Numbered from the stretch's first letter, positions 1-10,503 are shown. The stretch is DNA of 43,517 nucleotides from Patescibacteria group bacterium (GCA_025057695.1 JANWVB010000001.1:1-43517), one strand, 5' to 3'. Numbers and translations: made by a program. Notes: generated from the sequence alone by a model not told the origin.

Positions 1-375
1 AAAAATATACCAATATGGATAGTTTACCTTTTCTTTAATTTAATTTTTTTTATTTTTCAGAAAATAAAACCTTCAGGAGCTGGAGCGTTTATAGTTGTCA
101 AAAGAAATCATTACCATAGAACGGGAGGTTTCGAAAGCAAACACACTTACGATGACATACACTTCATAAGAAAAGCCGCAAAAAAAGGAAAGTTTATAAT
201 AATGCCTTTTTGTGTTTTTGTTTCAGACAGAAGATTCAAAAAAGATGGAATAATAAAAACAACTTTCCTATATCTATTGTTATCATTCTTTTTCCTTTTT
301 GAAGCCTTCGATCAGGCAAATAAAATAAAATACAATTTTGGACATTATAAACAAAAAGGAGATAAAAAATTATAA
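1..375 (+). CDS. glycosyltransferase family 2-like protein, C-terminal part (5' end lies outside the window)
   Basis: Frame 1 is open from base 1 to TAA at 373-375. It is absent from the ORF track because no start lies in the window. The translation ...SGAGAFIVVKRNHYHRTGGFES..DDIHFIRKAAKKGKFIIMP... resembles the tail of a GT2 catalytic domain followed by a hydrophobic helix. Confidence 0.5.
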   Translation, partial: KNIPIWIVYLFFNLIFFIFQKIKPSGAGAFIVVKRNHYHRTGGFESKHTYDDIHFIRKAAKKGKFIIMPFCVFVSDRRFKKDGIIKTTFLYLLLSFFFLFEAFDQANKIKYNFGHYKQKGDKKL

Positions 376-891
376 ACCAAACTCCTCAAATACATTCATT
401 GCCATTTCATACTGGCCTTTAAAATTAAAATATCTTTTTATCTCATCTTTTTTTACCCACTTTATTTGTCTCAATTCTTTAGAATTAATCCTGATATCAA
501 ACTTTTCGCCTGTAAATTCCACCAAAAATTGGATTTGCTCCTGTCCGCGGTAATATCTTTTTCGTTTTCTATATTGTTTTTGCACCATTTCATTAGACCA
601 TTCATACCTATTTAGAATTGTTGATCTTTTCTTTATGATAAACTTGTCTGTTCCTAATTCCTCGCCAAGCTCTCTCAATAAAGCGTTCTCGGGAGACTCT
701 CCATCTTCAATACCGCCACCAGGAAACCTCCAATCATTTACGCCATAAGCAATCATTTGAACTATTAAAATCTCTCTTTCTTTATTTGTTATCACACCGA
801 TAACCCCTCGTCTGTAAGGCAAATTTTTTATATTCATAAATTTATAACAAAAAGATATTTTTTTGACTTCTAACAATGTACTACTTGGCAT
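370..891 (-). CDS. NUDIX hydrolase
   Basis: Intact Nudix box GGGIEDGESPENALLRELGEELG (Gx5Ex7REUxEExGU). The true start may be the internal MNIKNL... at 837. Confidence 0.85.
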   Translation of the reverse strand: MPSSTLLEVKKISFCYKFMNIKNLPYRRGVIGVITNKEREILIVQMIAYGVNDWRFPGGGIEDGESPENALLRELGEELGTDKFIIKKRSTILNRYEWSNEMVQKQYRKRKRYYRGQEQIQFLVEFTGEKFDIRINSKELRQIKWVKKDEIKRYFNFKGQYEMAMNVFEEFGL

Positions 892-915
892 AGTATTTGT
901 AAAATACCAATCACA

Positions 916-1623
916 ATGAGACTAACAAATGATTTAAGAGAAAAAATAATTGGTGAAATAGATAAAAATTACGAATATGAAGGGGAGATAGAAGGCATAA
1001 AACTTCATTTGAATGAACATACCTATGTACCTCATCCAACAACAGTTGAATTAATACAAATTGCCTCTGGGATAATAAAAAGAAACTCAGATATAAAAAC
1101 CGTCGCAGATCCGGGAACTGGATCTGGATTTATCGCAATCTCTTTGGCTAAAAAATTCCCAGATATAAAATTTCTTGCCAGTGACTATTCGACAAAAATA
1201 CTTAAAATTGCACAGCTTAACGCTGTGGAAAATAATTGTTTGAATATAAAATTTGTTAGAAACCATCACTCAAGTTGGCTACATGAATTCAGCGCCAGCA
1301 AAGTGGATTTTTTTGTCATAAATCCTCCTTACATAAGCCGAATTTTGTATAAAAAAGACAGTTTCATAAAAGAAAATCCACTCATACTAAAAGAGCCTAA
1401 ACAAGCAATTGTTACCTCAGACAATTATGGACTTAAACCAATAGAGGATATAATAAAACACATTCCAATAATTAAACCAAAGTTTGTTTTAATCCAATGT
1501 AACAACGATAACTTATACTTAATCAAAAAAATTACAGGAAAAGTTGGTAACTCGACAATATTAACAAATTCACAAGGAGTACCAAGATTTATTTTGATAG
1601 AAAGAAGAAGTAACGAGATTTAA
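916..1623 (+). CDS. HemK/PrmC-family SAM-dependent (N5-glutamine-type) methyltransferase
   Basis: SAM-binding motif VADPGTGSGFIAISLA and catalytic NPPY (FVINPPYIS). At 235 aa it is shorter than canonical PrmC, so the substrate is not asserted. Confidence 0.75.
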   Translation: MRLTNDLREKIIGEIDKNYEYEGEIEGIKLHLNEHTYVPHPTTVELIQIASGIIKRNSDIKTVADPGTGSGFIAISLAKKFPDIKFLASDYSTKILKIAQLNAVENNCLNIKFVRNHHSSWLHEFSASKVDFFVINPPYISRILYKKDSFIKENPLILKEPKQAIVTSDNYGLKPIEDIIKHIPIIKPKFVLIQCNNDNLYLIKKITGKVGNSTILTNSQGVPRFILIERRSNEI

Positions 1624-1713
1624 ATTTCTTCAAAAATTAGCCTACATTTTTCATAAAAGTCACAAAAACTAAAATTTTTTTCAGATCAAAACATTGTGAT
1701 ATATTGATTTTCG

Positions 1714-4326
1714 ATGAACAAAAAAGATCAATTAGATAAATTTACAACTCCAATGATGAAGCAATATGCTTCGATCAAAAAAAAATACAAAGATTGTTTA
1801 CTTTTCTTCAGACTAGGCGATTTTTACGAATTGTTTTTAGACGATGCCCAAATAGGCGCTCAAGTTCTTGACATAGCCCTTACCTCAAGGCCAAAAGGCA
1901 AAGACGGCCGAATTCCCATGTCTGGAGTGCCATATCATGCAGTTGATGTATATTTGGCAAAGTTAATAAAAGCTGGATATAAAGTTGCAATTTGCGAACA
2001 GGTAAGTGAACCCAATAAATACGGCATTGTTGAGAGAGATGTTGTAAGAATCGTAACACCAGGAACACTTTTTGACGAAAAGTCCTTAGATCGCAAACAA
2101 AATAATTATTTAATAAGCATTGATTACGACAACTTGTATTACTCTATATCAATAGCAGATATCTCTACTGGCTATCTGGCAACCTGTCAAAATACATACA
2201 CAGAAATTAATCAAGAATTAATTGACCAACTAATCAAAATTCAGCCTTCAGAATGTATTCTGCCAGAAAGGCTATATAATAATCCAAACCTACTAAAAAC
2301 TCTTAAAGCAATCAGAAATTTAGCAATATACCCCTATAATGATTGGGAAAGATACGCTAATAAAGAAACCTTGCTTGCGCAATTCGCGGTAAAAACATTA
2401 GACGGATTTGGCATAGAAAATCTTATTCTTTCTCAAAAAACCTGCGGCGCTTTAATTGGTTATTTGCAAAATACTCAAAAAGGAAAATTAAAACACATAA
2501 AAAAAATAAAAGTGCTCGAATCCGAAGAATACGTTTCACTTGATAAATCGACAATAATTAACTTAGAGCTTTTTTCAACAATACGAGAACGAGAAACATC
2601 CGGAACACTTTTATCAACTATCGATAAAACCAACACAGCAATGGGCGGACGAATGCTGAAAAATTGGTTGGCAAATCCACTAAGAAAAAGACAACAAATT
2701 TTAGAAAGACTTGATGGAGTGGAAGAGCTAATTAAAAACCATAAAGAAAGAGAGTCTATAAGAAATTTGTTAACAGAAATCCCAGACATTGAAAGAGTCT
2801 TTTCTCGTTTGTCAGTAGGCATTGGAAACGCCAGAGATTTAATAACATTAAAAAACGCGCTTGCAAAAATTATAAAAATTAAACATTTATTAGTTAAAAT
2901 TGACACCAAAATAATTCAAGACATCCAAAAAGAAATTTCAACCAAAATCACTTTTCTTGTCAGATATATAGATGATTACATACTCCCAGACCCTCCTTTC
3001 TCTGTGAAAGAAGGGGGAATAATACGAGAAAATGTCGATGAAAAAATTGACATGTTGCGCAAACTTATCAATGGGGTACAAGAATGGCTGGCTTCGCTAG
3101 AAAAAAAAGAGAAAGAGAGAACAAAAATTTCTTCGCTAAAAGTTAGATACAACAAAGTATTTGGTTACTATATAGAAGTTAGCAAATCAAACATAAAAAA
3201 CGTGCCCCAAAATTACATAAGAAAACAAACTTTGGTAAATGGCGAAAGATTTATCACACCTGAACTAAAAGAGTGGGAATCAAAAATTTTAGTAGCCGAA
3301 GAGGAACTGAAACAAAAAGAATATGAAATATACAATGAAGTTTTGCAAAATGTAATAAAACAATCTTTGCTTATACAAAAAGCGGCAAATGCAATAGCAA
3401 CACTTGACTGTTTAGTTGGATTTGCTGATTTGTCTGAAAGGCAAAACTACGTGAAACCTCAACTTCTATACTCAGGAGAGATAGTTATAAAAGAAGGCAG
3501 ACATCCAGTAGTTGAAAACTCGCTTCCTCAAAAAGCATTTATACCAAATTCCATAACTATGGATAACATCAAACAACCATTAATAATAATCACTGGACCA
3601 AACATGGCAGGAAAATCAGTTTTTATTCGCCAAATTGCTATTATTGTCCTTCTTGCCCATATAGGATGTTTTGTACCTGCATCAAAAGCAAGAGTAAGTA
3701 TTGTCGACAAAATATTTGTTAGATCCGGAGCGTCAGATATGATTGCTGATGGGCTATCAACTTTCATGGTTGAAATGGTAGAAACAGCTTTTATTCTAAA
3801 CAACGCTACCAGTCAAAGCTTAATTGTAATGGATGAGATAGGAAGAGGCACAAGCACATATGACGGAATAAGCATAGCTCAATCAATTGCCGAGTATTTA
3901 ATCAAAAATTTTACTCCAACTCCAAAAACTTTATTTGCAACTCATTATCATGAACTTCAGAAATTGGAAGAGATTTATCCTAACAAAGTAAGCAATTACC
4001 ACATGGAGGTTATTGAAAACGAAAATCTGCCAGTTTTTTTATATAAACTAAAACCGGGTGGCGCCTCTCACAGTTTTGGAATAGCGGTAGCCAAGCTTGC
4101 AGGAGTACCAGAAAGTGTCATAATAAATGCTCAAAAAAATTTGGGATCTCTCGAAAAAAATAAACAAGAAGATAAAAAAGCAAAAGATCAAATCAATCTT
4201 AAAAGTAAAAAATCAACAAATGAAGAAATTATCAATTTAATTAGAAACATTAATATCAATCAACTAACACCAATTGAAGCCTTAAATTTTCTTGCTCAAA
4301 TAAAAGAGAAGTATGCCAAAGATTAA
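1714..4326 (+). CDS. mutS: DNA mismatch repair protein MutS
   Basis: 870 aa. N-terminal mismatch-binding TPMMKQY..GDFYELF, Walker A GPNMAGKS, and DEIGRGTSTYDG and HYHEL motifs. Confidence 0.97.
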   Translation: MNKKDQLDKFTTPMMKQYASIKKKYKDCLLFFRLGDFYELFLDDAQIGAQVLDIALTSRPKGKDGRIPMSGVPYHAVDVYLAKLIKAGYKVAICEQVSEPNKYGIVERDVVRIVTPGTLFDEKSLDRKQNNYLISIDYDNLYYSISIADISTGYLATCQNTYTEINQELIDQLIKIQPSECILPERLYNNPNLLKTLKAIRNLAIYPYNDWERYANKETLLAQFAVKTLDGFGIENLILSQKTCGALIGYLQNTQKGKLKHIKKIKVLESEEYVSLDKSTIINLELFSTIRERETSGTLLSTIDKTNTAMGGRMLKNWLANPLRKRQQILERLDGVEELIKNHKERESIRNLLTEIPDIERVFSRLSVGIGNARDLITLKNALAKIIKIKHLLVKIDTKIIQDIQKEISTKITFLVRYIDDYILPDPPFSVKEGGIIRENVDEKIDMLRKLINGVQEWLASLEKKEKERTKISSLKVRYNKVFGYYIEVSKSNIKNVPQNYIRKQTLVNGERFITPELKEWESKILVAEEELKQKEYEIYNEVLQNVIKQSLLIQKAANAIATLDCLVGFADLSERQNYVKPQLLYSGEIVIKEGRHPVVENSLPQKAFIPNSITMDNIKQPLIIITGPNMAGKSVFIRQIAIIVLLAHIGCFVPASKARVSIVDKIFVRSGASDMIADGLSTFMVEMVETAFILNNATSQSLIVMDEIGRGTSTYDGISIAQSIAEYLIKNFTPTPKTLFATHYHELQKLEEIYPNKVSNYHMEVIENENLPVFLYKLKPGGASHSFGIAVAKLAGVPESVIINAQKNLGSLEKNKQEDKKAKDQINLKSKKSTNEEIINLIRNININQLTPIEALNFLAQIKEKYAKD

Positions 4327-5971
4327 AATATTGCCAGAATCAGTAGTGTCAAGAATTGCGGCCGGAGAAGTTATCGAAAGGCCTTCATATGTAATAAAAG
4401 AATTAATTGAGAATTCAATAGACGCTTTGTCCACACAAATAGATGTTGAAATTGAAGATAGCGGACTTGCTTTAATAAGAGTTGTCGATAATGGAATTGG
4501 CATGAGCAAAGAAGACTTGCTTTTATCTATCAAACCACATGCCACAAGCAAAATACACAAACTGGAAGATCTAACAAATATAAAAACACTTGGATTTAGG
4601 GGTGAAGCTTTAACAAGTATAGCTAATGTTTCTAATCTATCAATAGAATCAAAAAGAGAGAAAGACAAATTCGGACATAGACTAGTAAAAATTTGCGAAG
4701 ATATAAATATAGAACCAATAGCGTTGAAAGAAGGAACAAAAGTAGATGTGAGACAACTATTTGATAATGTGCCAACAAGAAAAAAATTTCTTAGTTCAAA
4801 AAAGACAGAACTAAAACATATAATCGACACTTTTATTGATTTTGTGCTAGGCACGCAAAACATTGGCTTTACTTTGAGAAGCGACAGCAAACTAATTTAT
4901 GAAATACTCAAAAAACAAACTATAGAAGAAAAAATTGAAAATGTATTTGGCCAAGAAATCTTACAAAACCTTTTGCATATAAATTACAAAGGCAGTTATT
5001 TATCCATAGAAGGCTTTTTGGCACATCCACAAATATCTTTCACAACAACAAACAAAATCTTCACCTATTTAAACAATCGAAGAATATACAATTCTCTTAT
5101 CAATTCCGCAATAAAAGAAGGTTATGAAAATTTACTCGAGCATACAATGTACCCAATGGCAATTCTGAAAATTAACATGCATACAGGGTTAGTCGATGTG
5201 AACATACACCCCAGAAAAGAAGATGTGCGATTTAGAATTCCCGAGCAAATATATTCTGAGACATTAAAAGCCATTTTAAATACCCTAAGCAAGAACAATT
5301 TAACATTCGGTAATATTAGCTGGAAAAAATCAGTAGTTAATAGCTATGCAGGCAACATACTCAAAAATGAACTTCATGAAGATAGCGCTTCAGAAAGCAA
5401 TGAAATATTACAAATAAAAAAGATATATTTAGTAAAAGAAACTCAATCGGGAGTAGCCTTTTTTGATCAACATGCAGTACATGAAGCAATACTTTTTAAG
5501 AAATTTAAAAAATCCTTTTTAGAAAAAATATCACCTAAAAATGCTTTAGAATTAGAATCGCCAATTTTGTTAAAACTACCCAAAGGAGAAATTGAAATTT
5601 TCTGGGACAACAAAGAAATTTTTAACAAGATTGGTTACAAAATTGAAGAATTTGGCAACAACTACCCAATCTTAACTCATGTCCCCAAGATACTGCATGA
5701 CCGTAACCATTTAGAAATAATAAGAGAAATAATAGAAAAACTGATTCAATCAAAAAAAGTAAGCAAAATAGATAGCAAAAGTTACAAAATGTTGTCATAC
5801 ATAGCTTGCAAAAGCGCTATAAAAGCTGGACAAACATTATCATCAGATGAAAGATTAAACTTGATTAATCAACTTGAAGAAGAAGACTTCTTATACACAT
5901 GCCCACACGGAAGACCAGTCAAAATTGAAATCACATTAAACCAGCTTAATAGATTTTTCAAAAGAAAGTAA
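4313..5971 (+). CDS. mutL: DNA mismatch repair endonuclease MutL
   Basis: GHKL ATPase N-terminus (RIAAGEVIERP, ELIENSIDA, DNGIGM, GFRGEAL). C-terminal endonuclease motifs DQHAVHE, ACKSAIKAG and CPHGRP. Overlaps the mutS stop by 14 nt. Confidence 0.95.
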   Translation: MPKIKILPESVVSRIAAGEVIERPSYVIKELIENSIDALSTQIDVEIEDSGLALIRVVDNGIGMSKEDLLLSIKPHATSKIHKLEDLTNIKTLGFRGEALTSIANVSNLSIESKREKDKFGHRLVKICEDINIEPIALKEGTKVDVRQLFDNVPTRKKFLSSKKTELKHIIDTFIDFVLGTQNIGFTLRSDSKLIYEILKKQTIEEKIENVFGQEILQNLLHINYKGSYLSIEGFLAHPQISFTTTNKIFTYLNNRRIYNSLINSAIKEGYENLLEHTMYPMAILKINMHTGLVDVNIHPRKEDVRFRIPEQIYSETLKAILNTLSKNNLTFGNISWKKSVVNSYAGNILKNELHEDSASESNEILQIKKIYLVKETQSGVAFFDQHAVHEAILFKKFKKSFLEKISPKNALELESPILLKLPKGEIEIFWDNKEIFNKIGYKIEEFGNNYPILTHVPKILHDRNHLEIIREIIEKLIQSKKVSKIDSKSYKMLSYIACKSAIKAGQTLSSDERLNLINQLEEEDFLYTCPHGRPVKIEITLNQLNRFFKRK

Positions 5972-5975
5972 ATCT

Positions 5976-6512
5976 TTATTTTTCTATTAAAATTTTAAGT
6001 TTTTCTAAATCTTTTTTAGTTTTTTTACGCAAATTATAAGTTGTCACCGGGGACCAAAACCTTTCATTTTGTCGAATAAATCTTATTGAAGTTTTCACTC
6101 TAAGTGTCGTGTTTTTATTCTGTTCAATTAGGGTAAATTGTGTGTTGCCAATATTTTGATTATCTTTGAACTCATAACTAAGTTCGATACTTTTATCTTT
6201 AGATAAACTTCTGACACTGAAAGACACATCTCCCTGATTAGTAACAAGAAAATATTTGGTATTTTTACCCGGTTCACCTTGAGTAAGTAAAATAACTTCT
6301 CTTGTTCCACTCCACCATTCTTGAACCTTTTGAGGATCCAAAATAAAATTATAAACATCTTTGGCTTGAGATTTAATTAGAATCTCCTCCTCAAATGTTT
6401 TGACATAAGAATAATTACTAGTTGCATGAATAATTAAAACAGCACCAATAACACAAATAAAAATACCAACTCCAAAGAGCAAAAACAAAAATACATTTTT
6501 AATCCATTGCAT
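5976..6512 (-). CDS. membrane-anchored SRPBCC (START/Bet v1-like) family protein, function unknown
   Basis: N-terminal TM helix, then a pattern typical of the polyketide-cyclase/SRPBCC fold (VYNFILDPQKVQEWWSG...). Confidence 0.5.
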   Translation of the reverse strand: MQWIKNVFLFLLFGVGIFICVIGAVLIIHATSNYSYVKTFEEEILIKSQAKDVYNFILDPQKVQEWWSGTREVILLTQGEPGKNTKYFLVTNQGDVSFSVRSLSKDKSIELSYEFKDNQNIGNTQFTLIEQNKNTTLRVKTSIRFIRQNERFWSPVTTYNLRKKTKKDLEKLKILIEK

Positions 6513-6804
6513 AACTTAGACAATGCGAACAAGCAGAATTAAAAAATTTCAAACAAATTTATTACTTACAGTTTAAGACAAACAAAAAGACAATTTAAGA
6601 ACTAAATCTTTCCAAATAAAACAATTTTGTCAAAACAGAATTAAATTTAACAAAGTTTATAAAAAACTGCTTTTAATTTATTAAAGTTTGTTTTTGTAAA
6701 TCAAAGATAAATCGCAATGGGTAATTAAAATAATCAAATCAACCTGAAAATACCAGCTTGGCAAAGAACTTAAATATAAAAGCCATTGTTTCAAAGAACC
6801 AGGT

Positions 6805-8625
6805 TTATTGTTCAATCTGCCTTTGCATTTTCCTTCTCTCAGCTTCTGTAAGATATTTTTTCCTCAATCTTAAAGATAATGGAGTAATTTCCAAAAGTTC
6901 ATCACTTTCTAGAAAATCCAAACATTGCTCCAAAGAAAACTTAGTCGCTGGTGTTAGTTGTATAATACCATCAGAAGATTTGGATCTCATATTAGTAAGC
7001 TTTTTGCCTTTTGTTACATTAATTAAAATATCCTCATCCTTGGCATTACTACCTATTATCATTCCTTCATAAACTTGCTCTCCTGGATTTATAAAGGTAA
7101 CACCTCTTTCCTGAGCGTTTTCAAGACCGTAAGCCAAAGCTTCTCCGGCGCGATCAGCAATCAGAACACCCTTTCTTAATCTGGGAAGTGTTTTGCCTAA
7201 AGGTTCATACCCCATTAACGTGGATGAATAAACCACTGTGCCTTTTGTCGCTGTCAAAAGCGCGCTTTTTAAACCAATCAAAACTCTTGTTGGCGCTTTA
7301 TAAACAAATTCTGTCTCATATTCATTTATAGTCTGCATATTGACAAGCGATGCGTATCTTCTTCCCAACTCTTCAGACACAACACCCACAAATTCGCTAG
7401 GAACAATTATCAGAACCTCCTCCACAGGCTCTTTTAAAACACCATCAATTTGTTTAACTATTACTTCAGGTTTACCCACTTCCATCTCATAACCTTCGCG
7501 TCTTAAAGTCTCAAGCAAAACAGATAAATGAAGCTCGCCACGCCCTGAAATCACAAATTTTCCATTCCCAAGTTTTTCAAGACGCAAACTTAAATTGCTT
7601 TCCAATTCTTTTTCCAGTCTTTCTTCAAGTTGTCTACTGGTTGTATATTTCCCTTCTTTACCTGAAAAAGGAGAAGTATTGGGACCAATAGTCATATGAA
7701 GCGTTGGCTCGCCAACACTGACACCGGGCAGAGAAACACAATCTGAAGGATCTGAAACAGTATCACCAATTGAAACTTGCCCCACGCCAGAGAAACAAAC
7801 TATTTCACCTGTTTGCGCTTCTTCAGCCTCCACTTTGTCTAATCCTTGATAAACAAAAAGGTTTTCAACTTTTGAAATTGAATTTGCAAACTTAGTATTA
7901 ATTATCTTCATTCCTTTTTGAATTTTCCCTTGATATACTCTTCCAATTACAAGCCTGCCCAAATAGGCATCATAATCCAAAGAGGTGACAACCATCTTAA
8001 AAACACCTGTTTTTTCAGAAACGTAAGGCACATTGTCCAAAATCGCATCCAACAAAGGATAAACATTGCCTTCCTGTTCTAGATTGGTTGGAATTTGATT
8101 AAAAACAACTCCCCGTTTCCCTATCGCATATAACACAGGAAAATCAAGATATGATTCATCATTGGCAAGTTCCAAGAAAAGAGATTCAACATTCCTAAGC
8201 GCCTCTTGCGGTTTCGCAAATTGTTTATCAATTTTGTTGATAACCACAATTATCTTTAATCCCGAAGATATGGCTTTTTTAAGCACGAATCTGGTTTGAG
8301 GCATTGGGCCTTCCTGAGCGTCAACTATCAAAATAGCGCCATCGGCCATTCCTAAAGTTCTTTCAACTTCTCCTGAAAAGTCTGCATGACCCGGAGTGTC
8401 AATAATATTGATTTTTACACCTTTGTACATAACTGCACAGTTTTTAGCAATAATTGTAATCCCCCGCTCTCTCTCAAGCTCGTTTCTATCTAAAATAGTG
8501 GTTTGTTGCATCTCGGCTTGATTGCTACGAAAAGTGTCAGTCTGTTTTAAGATAGCGTCAACAAGTGTCGTTTTGCCGTGATCAACATGGGCAATAACAG
8601 CAACATTTATAATTCGCATAAACAA
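6805..8625 (-). CDS. typA: translational GTPase TypA/BipA
   Basis: 606 aa. G-domain motifs AHVDHGKTT, DTPGH and NKID, with full-length BipA-like architecture. Confidence 0.95.
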   Translation of the reverse strand: MFMRIINVAVIAHVDHGKTTLVDAILKQTDTFRSNQAEMQQTTILDRNELERERGITIIAKNCAVMYKGVKINIIDTPGHADFSGEVERTLGMADGAILIVDAQEGPMPQTRFVLKKAISSGLKIIVVINKIDKQFAKPQEALRNVESLFLELANDESYLDFPVLYAIGKRGVVFNQIPTNLEQEGNVYPLLDAILDNVPYVSEKTGVFKMVVTSLDYDAYLGRLVIGRVYQGKIQKGMKIINTKFANSISKVENLFVYQGLDKVEAEEAQTGEIVCFSGVGQVSIGDTVSDPSDCVSLPGVSVGEPTLHMTIGPNTSPFSGKEGKYTTSRQLEERLEKELESNLSLRLEKLGNGKFVISGRGELHLSVLLETLRREGYEMEVGKPEVIVKQIDGVLKEPVEEVLIIVPSEFVGVVSEELGRRYASLVNMQTINEYETEFVYKAPTRVLIGLKSALLTATKGTVVYSSTLMGYEPLGKTLPRLRKGVLIADRAGEALAYGLENAQERGVTFINPGEQVYEGMIIGSNAKDEDILINVTKGKKLTNMRSKSSDGIIQLTPATKFSLEQCLDFLESDELLEITPLSLRLRKKYLTEAERRKMQRQIEQ

Positions 8626-8709
8626 ATCACAAGAAATTAAATATTGGGTTATTTACTTAATCAATAGCGGTTATTTTATCAAAAGTCTGTGAATTTGGAC
8701 AAACCAGCA

Positions 8710-9552
8710 TCAAACGACATAAATATCTTGATTATACTCACTTACACCAACTTTCTTACCTTCGCCTTTTAGGACCTTCTCAAGCGGCCGACAAGCAAAA
8801 CATCCTTCTTTTGGACATTTAAAATGATCCATTTGACGAGCGAGTTTTATTCTTCGCGCAACTTTCAAAACCTGTTCTTTTGCCAAAGATAATTCCGGCA
8901 AAACTTTCTCAATTATAGAATTATCTCTATCTAAATACCAATAGCTTGCCTTTGAAACCAACCTTCTTTGAGTATTAACCGCTAAAAGCAAATAAATCAG
9001 CAATTGCAAAGATTCAGCTTCTTCGTCATTTTTACCTGTTTTAAAATCAATTATATGCACACTATCATCAGGCAAATATTCAAGCCAATCAATTTTCCCA
9101 CACAAAATTATATTTTCTTCTTCAGACAACCAAAAATAAGGCAATCCGCCATCAGCTCTTATTTTAACAGCCTTTCTAAGAATTGGTCCGGGATTTTTTT
9201 GTATTCTATCTAGCATTACCAAACCACGATTTTTGTACTCGATTTCTTCTTTTTTATCTTTAAATCCACCCATCTCGCCAGAAACTTTTTGCCATGCTGT
9301 TTCAAACCTTTTTGACAATTTAATAAGCATTCTTTCTTGCGCGGGTAAATAAGATAATGATTCTATAACTTCATGAACAGCTTGCCCTAGTGCAAGAGGT
9401 GGAGACATAACTGTTATTTTATGATTAGTTTTTGGATCTTTATAAACATTTCGCAAATAATAAGTCCTCGGGCACCTTAAAAAATCCGCAATTGAGGAAT
9501 GCGAAACCCAAACAGCCCTAAATTTATCTGGTTTTTGATTAGTCATCTCCAT
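8710..9552 (-). CDS. PD-(D/E)XK nuclease, Cas4/AddB-like with Fe-S cysteines
   Basis: N-terminal Cys (FLRCPRTYYL), IIDFKTGK and QLLIYLL core motifs, and a C-terminal CPKEGCFAC cysteine triad. This is the RecB-family nuclease domain arrangement with a 4Fe-4S cluster. Confidence 0.75.
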   Translation of the reverse strand: MEMTNQKPDKFRAVWVSHSSIADFLRCPRTYYLRNVYKDPKTNHKITVMSPPLALGQAVHEVIESLSYLPAQERMLIKLSKRFETAWQKVSGEMGGFKDKKEEIEYKNRGLVMLDRIQKNPGPILRKAVKIRADGGLPYFWLSEEENIILCGKIDWLEYLPDDSVHIIDFKTGKNDEEAESLQLLIYLLLAVNTQRRLVSKASYWYLDRDNSIIEKVLPELSLAKEQVLKVARRIKLARQMDHFKCPKEGCFACRPLEKVLKGEGKKVGVSEYNQDIYVV

Positions 9553-9564
9553 ATAAAATCTTGC

Positions 9565-9870
9565 TCAAACAAAAATCACTTTGTCCCCCACTTTTAGTTT
9601 ATTGTCTTTTATAAAACAACTCTTACACTCAAGCGCTACAAATGATTTAAATCCCAAAAAAAGAATTTGATTAGGTTTAAGCGACTCAATCAATTTAACT
9701 ACAATTCCCTGCCTGTTTAGTATGATAACATCTATAGGATAAAAAACCCAAAATGTATGTATTCCGATTCTTGATTCAAAATAAACAGGCGGTTTCTGAA
9801 AACCAAACATCAATCCTGTCATTGACTCTAAAAATCTCAATTTTTTTGCGCGGACAATCAACATAGACAT
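9565..9870 (-). CDS. DUF192 domain protein
   Basis: Small 101 aa protein whose GIHTFWVFYPIDVIILN...VGDKVIF pattern resembles DUF192. Confidence 0.5.
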   Translation of the reverse strand: MSMLIVRAKKLRFLESMTGLMFGFQKPPVYFESRIGIHTFWVFYPIDVIILNRQGIVVKLIESLKPNQILFLGFKSFVALECKSCFIKDNKLKVGDKVIFV

Positions 9871-9923
9871 TTCTTTTAAATATCTGTTGATATTTAATGT
9901 TTTTTATGGCTTAATGTTAAACT

Positions 9924-10460
9924 ATGGATGACCAAACAAAAACAACAAACCAAGATCTTGCAGAAACTGCAAATACACAAGACCCTCAAATCAATTCTTA
10001 TTCAAGTGAAGATAATTCAACACAAATAAACCAAGTTGTAGACACAAAAAGTGCTTCTAGTCAATTTGATTACCTTCAAAACCTTCAATCTCAGATAAAT
10101 ATATATCTTTCAAGAATTGAAAATCTTAAGCAGGAAATCCAACCTGTAAAAGAGATGATTGATTCATATCTTTCAAACGATCCTTTATACGCTGAACTTT
10201 CTGTAAAAGCCAAAGAATCAACAAAAGAAAAAAGCAAAAGGAAAAAAGAGTTAATGTCCTCGCCAAACGGCAAAGCTCTAAATCAAAAGATGGAAAAAAT
10301 AAAAGAGGAACAAAATGAAGCAAACGAAATGCTTTCTCAACTGCTATCAGAATACCAAAAAGCTACAGGAGCAACTGTTTTTGAAGGAGCTGATGGAGAA
10401 ATAAGACAGATAGTAATGATAGCCAAACTAATACGCAAAACGAATCTAAATAGAGACTAA
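9924..10460 (+). CDS. hypothetical protein: low-complexity acidic N-terminus plus coiled coil
   Basis: Long ORF in a clean intergenic context. Q/N/S-rich N-terminus and K/E-rich heptad-like middle. No family recognised. Confidence 0.55.
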   Translation: MDDQTKTTNQDLAETANTQDPQINSYSSEDNSTQINQVVDTKSASSQFDYLQNLQSQINIYLSRIENLKQEIQPVKEMIDSYLSNDPLYAELSVKAKESTKEKSKRKKELMSSPNGKALNQKMEKIKEEQNEANEMLSQLLSEYQKATGATVFEGADGEIRQIVMIAKLIRKTNLNRD

Positions 10461-10503
10461 CTGCTTGACTAATTTAATTTCTACAATCACCATTTTTATC
10501 AAC

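Noticed and set aside
338-553. ORF 338..553 (+).
   Set aside because: It is antisense to the well-supported NUDIX gene and out of frame with the GT2 tail that actually terminates at 375.
1695-1705. An extended -10-like TGATATATT upstream of mutS.
   Set aside because: It ends only 8 nt before the ATG, there is no usable -35, and such strings are frequent in AT-rich spacers.
2475-2909. Long antisense or alternative-frame ORFs inside conserved genes, for example 2475..2909, 4282..4890, 6758..7072, 12770..13135, 23204..23668, 25122..25466, 26867..27235, 31127..31504, 35372..35731, 36766..37110 and 38457..38765.
   Set aside because: Each lies entirely within a strongly supported gene on the other strand or frame. 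Their low-complexity, Ser/Leu/Phe-rich translations are typical of shadow ORFs in AT-rich DNA.
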